A stretch of 61,206 nucleotides of DNA, counting the filler. It is 5 parts of 5 records of this genome, joined end to end, with 100 filler letters (N's around TTAATTAATTAA, not from the genome) between each part and the next. Parts side by side here need not be neighbours in the genome. Positions count along the whole stretch, not along the records: positions 55,213 to 61,206 come from DRR723986_5781; 4 more parts are not named here. One strand, given 5' to 3'. Numbering within the stretch: position 1 is the stretch's first letter; each line of letters begins with the position of its first letter. The position numbers were made by a program, and so were the translations under genes. Below the pieces are notes generated by a model. It worked only from the letters and a program-made list of their open reading frames with translations, made no database searches and had not been told where the DNA came from. Of the stretch, positions 57,030 to 61,206 are shown piece after piece.

Positions 57030-58550
57030 TCAAACATGCGCCACCTCCATGCCATGCGCCCCGCCCATCATCAGGCCAATCTCGTCCACCGTCAGATCAT
57101 GTGCGGGCCGCGGCGGCGACAACCGCCCCTCATTCAGTGCGGCAAAGCGATCCGAGATTTCCATCAACTCGTCCAGATCCTGGCTGATCACCACCAGCGC
57201 GGTGCCATTCTCCGCCAGATCCAGCAGCGCCTGCCGGATCGACGCGGCGGCAGAGGCATCCACACCCCATGTCGGCTGATTCACCACCAACAGTTCAGGG
57301 CGTTGCAAGACCTCCCGGCCAATGACAAATTTCTGCAAGTTCCCGCCCGACAGTGACCGTGCCGCATTGCCGGGGCCGGGGGTGCGCACGTCAAACTGCG
57401 CTATGATCTTTTCGGCAAATGCCTTGGCAGCCCCCCAATTGAGGAAACCACCCTTTTCCAGCCCCTCACGGGCCGCACCCGTCAGCATGGCATTTTCCGT
57501 CAGCGACATATCCGGTGCTGCCGCATGGCCCAGCCGTTCTTCCGGCGCGGTCAGAATGCCCAGCGCCCGGCGCGGGTTTGGGCCCAATAGCCCCACCTCG
57601 CGCCCCTGAAACAGGATCATCCCCGGCGTGGTCAACATCTCGCCCGACAATGCCGCCAGCAATTCGTCCTGCCCGTTGCCTGCAACCCCGCCAATACCCA
57701 AAACCTCGCCGCGCCGCACCTCCACCGAAATGTCGCGCAGGGGCATGCCAAAGGCGCTTTGCGATTTTGCCGAAAGTGATTTCAGCTCCAGCACCACCTC
57801 GCCGGGGGTCTTGCCCGCCCGTGTCGGGGTTTGCAAAACTGTGCCCACCATCATCTCGGCCATATCGCGGGCCGATGTTTCGGCAGGAACACATTCCCCC
57901 ACCACCTTGCCGAGCCGCAGGATCGTCGCGCCATCGCATAGGGCGCGGATCTCTTCCAGCTTGTGTGAAATATACAGGATCGCCGTGCCTTCGGCGCTGA
58001 GTTTGCGCAGGGTTTTGAAAAGGATCTCAACCTCTTGCGGGGTCAGAACGCTGGTTGGCTCATCCATGATCAACAGCTTGGGTTCCTGAAGCAGACAGCG
58101 GATAATCTCCACCCGCTGCCGTTCTCCCGCAGACAGATCCCCCACCACGCGATCAGGTGACAGTGGCAACCCATAGGTGTCCGACACATCGCGAATCTGC
58201 TGGCTCAGCGCACCCAGTTTGGGGGCATTCTCCATGCCAAGCGCGATGTTTTCCGCCACGGTCAGCGCGTCAAACAGCGAGAAATGCTGAAACACCATGC
58301 CAACCCCCGCCGCCCGCGCCGCGCGCGGCTCTGCCGGGGCAAAGGCCTCACCGTTCATTTTCATGCTGCCGGCGTCCGGCTTGACCAGACCATAGATCAT
58401 CTTGACCAGCGTCGATTTCCCAGCGCCGTTTTCCCCCAGCAGGGCATGCACCTCACCGGGCATGATGGCGAGCGAAACGCTGTCATTGGCGACAACACCC
58501 GGATAGGCTTTGGTCAACCCGGTGAGATCAAGGAGGGGCGTGTCGGTCAT
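57030..58550 (-). CDS. Purine/nucleoside ABC transporter ATP-binding protein (tandem NBD)
   Basis: GENGAGKST, LSAGERQR, DEPT, LSGGNLQK and QPTWGVD; ATGA overlap with xdhC. Confidence 0.92.
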   Translation of the reverse strand: MTDTPLLDLTGLTKAYPGVVANDSVSLAIMPGEVHALLGENGAGKSTLVKMIYGLVKPDAGSMKMNGEAFAPAEPRAARAAGVGMVFQHFSLFDALTVAENIALGMENAPKLGALSQQIRDVSDTYGLPLSPDRVVGDLSAGERQRVEIIRCLLQEPKLLIMDEPTSVLTPQEVEILFKTLRKLSAEGTAILYISHKLEEIRALCDGATILRLGKVVGECVPAETSARDMAEMMVGTVLQTPTRAGKTPGEVVLELKSLSAKSQSAFGMPLRDISVEVRRGEVLGIGGVAGNGQDELLAALSGEMLTTPGMILFQGREVGLLGPNPRRALGILTAPEERLGHAAAPDMSLTENAMLTGAAREGLEKGGFLNWGAAKAFAEKIIAQFDVRTPGPGNAARSLSGGNLQKFVIGREVLQRPELLVVNQPTWGVDASAAASIRQALLDLAENGTALVVISQDLDELMEISDRFAALNEGRLSPPRPAHDLTVDEIGLMMGGAHGMEVAHV

Positions 58551-59494
58551 GAATGGCTCACTTTCCGGGGTGTTGAAACAGGCGCTAGCATATGCGCCGC
58601 GATGCTTAGCGCAATGGCTTGCGGATGTTTTCCAAAGGCAGGATCGCCAATCGGACAAACAATGCGGGAAATCTGGGCGGGGGCATGTCCCAATGCCGCA
58701 AGCCGTTTGCGGAACCGCGCCCATTTGGTGGCTGATCCGATCAATCCGGCATGGCCAAAATCACGGCGCAGCAGGTGGTGACACAGCTCCAGATCATAGT
58801 CATGCTCGGGGGTCATGATGTAATGCGCCGCATCGGGCGCGGCCTTGGCCATCACCTCGGTCGGCATCGCCGCATCACTGCGCACGCCCATCGGCACATC
58901 CGCCAATTGCTCTAGCCGCAGGTCGGTCAACACCACGTCAAACTGCGGCAACGGGGCCAAGACCGCAGCCAATGCTTTGCCCACATGCCCCGCGCCATAG
59001 ATCACCACCTGCTGTTGCGGCTGCCACAATGCCTCGGCCAACCACCCGTTTTGATAGGTCAGGGGCAGGGGCGCTGGGCCAGCCGCCGCACGGGCCAGTT
59101 TCCGGTGCAGCTTTTCAGGGATCGCCGCCTCTGCATCGGGGGACACCGCCCGCGCATGAATCGCCGGATAGTCGCTGCGCCAACCGGCCAGTGTCTCTGG
59201 GTCAAACACCTCCGTGACCACAGTAACCGCCCCGCCGCAGCATTGGTTCAGCGCCGGCCCTAGCGCCGCCCGCCGCAGATGCAGCCTCTGATCACCCGCC
59301 AACATCTTGCGCGCCTGTTCCATGCATTGCAGCTCAAGCTGCCCGCCACCAATCGTGCCGGAACTGCCGCCATCCCAGACCAGCATCGCGGTTCCCGCCT
59401 GCCTTGGGGCCGACCCCTGCACCTGCGCCAGAACGATCCGTGCCACTTTGCCGTGGTGCTGGGTCGCTTGGGTCAGGGCCGCCAGATCAAACAT
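58547..59494 (-). CDS. xdhC: Xanthine dehydrogenase accessory protein XdhC
   Basis: GSAPR, GTIGGG.LE, QCCGG, GAGHVG, GLIGS.TK and CPIG....K.PQAIA. Confidence 0.93.
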   Translation of the reverse strand: MFDLAALTQATQHHGKVARIVLAQVQGSAPRQAGTAMLVWDGGSSGTIGGGQLELQCMEQARKMLAGDQRLHLRRAALGPALNQCCGGAVTVVTEVFDPETLAGWRSDYPAIHARAVSPDAEAAIPEKLHRKLARAAAGPAPLPLTYQNGWLAEALWQPQQQVVIYGAGHVGKALAAVLAPLPQFDVVLTDLRLEQLADVPMGVRSDAAMPTEVMAKAAPDAAHYIMTPEHDYDLELCHHLLRRDFGHAGLIGSATKWARFRKRLAALGHAPAQISRIVCPIGDPAFGKHPQAIALSIAAHMLAPVSTPRKVSHS

Positions 59495-61206
59495 CAGTTG
59501 CGTGCCTTTTGGACGGCCCGCAACACCCCTTCGGCGGTCGCGGGCGCTTGCAAATCACCGTAGCCGGCACCGCAAGCCGAAACCGCATCGCTGAGCGCCA
59601 TGAATGCCGAAATGCCCAGCATGAATGGCGGCTCGCCCACTGCTTTGGATCGGTAGATCGTCTGCGCCGGGTTCGGCTCATCCCAAAGCGCGACGTTGAA
59701 CACATCAGGCCGGTCCGAACAGGCCGGGATCTTGTAGGTTGATGGCGCGTGGGTGCGCAGGTTGCCCTTGTCGTCCCAAACCAATTCTTCGGTGGTCAGC
59801 CAACCTGCCCCTTGTACATAGCCGCCCTCGACCTGCCCGATATCAAGCGCAGGGTTCAAGGATGCCCCTGCATCATGCAGGATATCAGTGCGCAAAATCC
59901 GGTTCTCGCCGGTCAGCGTGTCAATCACCACCTCCGTACAAGCCGCACCATAGGCGAAATAGAAAAACGGCCTGCCGCGCCCGGCGATCCGGTCCCATTC
60001 GATATCCGGCGTTTTGTAAAATCCGGTAGACGACAGGCTGATCCGGTTTTCATAAGCCGAAGCCGCAGCAGCGGCAAAGCTGATCCGCTCAGAGCCTGCC
60101 TGAACCATGCCACCGTCAAATGCGATGTCCCTCGCGTCGCAGTCATACCGCTCCGCCAGATGCGCGGCAATCCTGCCTCGGATCGTGTCGCAAGCGTTTT
60201 GCACCGCCATCCCGTTCAGATCGGAACCAGAGGAAGCCGCCGTGGCTGAGGTGTTAGGCACCTTGCCCGTGTCGGTCGCGGTGATCTTGACCGCTTCCAA
60301 AGGCACGCCAAACCTGCTGGCCGCGACCTGTGCTATCTTCTGAAACAGCCCTTGCCCCATCTCGGTGCCACCATGGTTCAGGTGGATCGAACCGTCCTGA
60401 TAGACATGCACCAACGCGCCGGCCTGATTGAGATGGGTCAGCGTGAAGGAAATGCCAAACTTCACCGGCGTCATCGCGATGCCGCGTTTCAAAACCGGCT
60501 GATCTGCGTTCCATTTCGCGATCTCGGCGCGGCGCGTTTGGTAATCGGCGCTGTCTGCAAGCCGGTCCGTGAGGGCGTTGATAATGCAATCGGTGACCGG
60601 CTGATGATAGGGCGTGGTCTGTGCCCCGCTTTGCGGGGCAGGCACGTCCGCTGTTGCCTGCGGCGCCCCGCGCGAGGCCAGATCTCCCGCACCGTCCGGC
60701 ACTTCACGCCCGTCAACCGGCGCACCCGCGGATGCCTCTTGCCGGCTGTCGGCATAATAATTCGCCCGCCGCACCGCCAATGGATCAAGGCCCAGCTCTT
60801 GCGCCAGATGATCCATGACCTTTTCAATGCCCAGCACCCCCTGCGGCCCGCCAAACCCGCGATAGGCCGTGGCCGATTGCGTGTTGGTGCGCAGCCGGTG
60901 CGAGGTGATGCGCACATGCTCCAGATGATAGGCGTTGTCGGCATGCAGCATCGCGCGGTCCGCCACCGGCAGGCTCAGATCCATCGCCCAGCCACAGCGG
61001 GTGTAATGGGTAAACTCAATCGCCCGAATACGGCCACCCGCGTCATGGCCCACGGTGTAATCAATGCGAAAATCATGGCGTTTGCCGGTGATGATCATAT
61101 CGTCATCGCGGTCATAGCGCATCTTGCAGCAGCGCCCGGTCTCCATCGCCGCCACCGCGCAGGCCACCGCCAGCGCGTTGCCCTGGCTTTCCTTGCCGCC
61201 AAAGCC
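59494..61206 (-). CDS. xdhB: Xanthine dehydrogenase molybdopterin-binding subunit (5' partial)
   Basis: GFGGKESQ at the window edge, YRGFGGPQG, PVKFGISF, HGGTEMGQG, PNTSATAAS and SKAVGEPP. Confidence 0.96.
   Translation of the reverse strand, partial: GFGGKESQGNALAVACAVAAMETGRCCKMRYDRDDDMIITGKRHDFRIDYTVGHDAGGRIRAIEFTHYTRCGWAMDLSLPVADRAMLHADNAYHLEHVRITSHRLRTNTQSATAYRGFGGPQGVLGIEKVMDHLAQELGLDPLAVRRANYYADSRQEASAGAPVDGREVPDGAGDLASRGAPQATADVPAPQSGAQTTPYHQPVTDCIINALTDRLADSADYQTRRAEIAKWNADQPVLKRGIAMTPVKFGISFTLTHLNQAGALVHVYQDGSIHLNHGGTEMGQGLFQKIAQVAASRFGVPLEAVKITATDTGKVPNTSATAASSGSDLNGMAVQNACDTIRGRIAAHLAERYDCDARDIAFDGGMVQAGSERISFAAAAASAYENRISLSSTGFYKTPDIEWDRIAGRGRPFFYFAYGAACTEVVIDTLTGENRILRTDILHDAGASLNPALDIGQVEGGYVQGAGWLTTEELVWDDKGNLRTHAPSTYKIPACSDRPDVFNVALWDEPNPAQTIYRSKAVGEPPFMLGISAFMALSDAVSACGAGYGDLQAPATAEGVLRAVQKARN

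Overview
This window is not one continuous locus. Four identical 100-nt spacers (N44-TTAATTAATTAA-N44) join five unrelated contigs. Taxonomy below is inferred from gene content and style, not from a search. (1) 1-16231, Roseibium/Labrenzia-like alphaproteobacterium: MCP fragment, GT4, alpha/beta hydrolase, AlkA-type glycosylase, gluQ, AEC transporter, a sensor-less hybrid kinase, a ParD-like/map operon with a palindromic operator, HCCA isomerase, PAP2 phosphatase, LMW-PTP, PCD, TusA, SBP, DUF924, a secreted amidohydrolase and sigma54-type glnK-amtB. (2) 16332-24186, Rhodobacteraceae-like: carA end, MshEN-GT2 synthase, GntR, pyrimidine 5'-nucleotidase, UbiH-type hydroxylase, class V aminotransferase, two Lrp genes and ilvC, with dispersed REP-like repeats. 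(3) 24287-31567, Marinobacter-like: hrpB end, eIF2B-like protein, DUF6746-like protein with a Fur box, ATP-grasp ligase, YjfB, ornithine/lysine decarboxylase, CynX MFS, orphan ectC and a DUF3482 GTPase. (4) 31668-55112, Hyphomonas-like: nhaA, then a Wzm/Wzt-dependent surface-glycan locus with multidomain GTs, a sulfotransferase frameshifted at a G9 tract, a decayed DUF2793 gene, an L-QuiNAc/L-FucNAc-type pathway, phhA and UXS. (5) 55213-61206, Roseobacter-like: xdhB-xdhC and a purine/nucleoside ABC transporter. The best leads are a possibly phase-variable sulfation of an ABC-exported glycan, the ParD-like/map module with its operator, the c-di-GMP-type MshEN-GT2 behind a CtrA-like box, the Fur-boxed DUF6746 plus eIF2B-like unit, and the DUF2793 pseudogene. 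I saw no rRNA, tRNA, CRISPR array or intact IS element.
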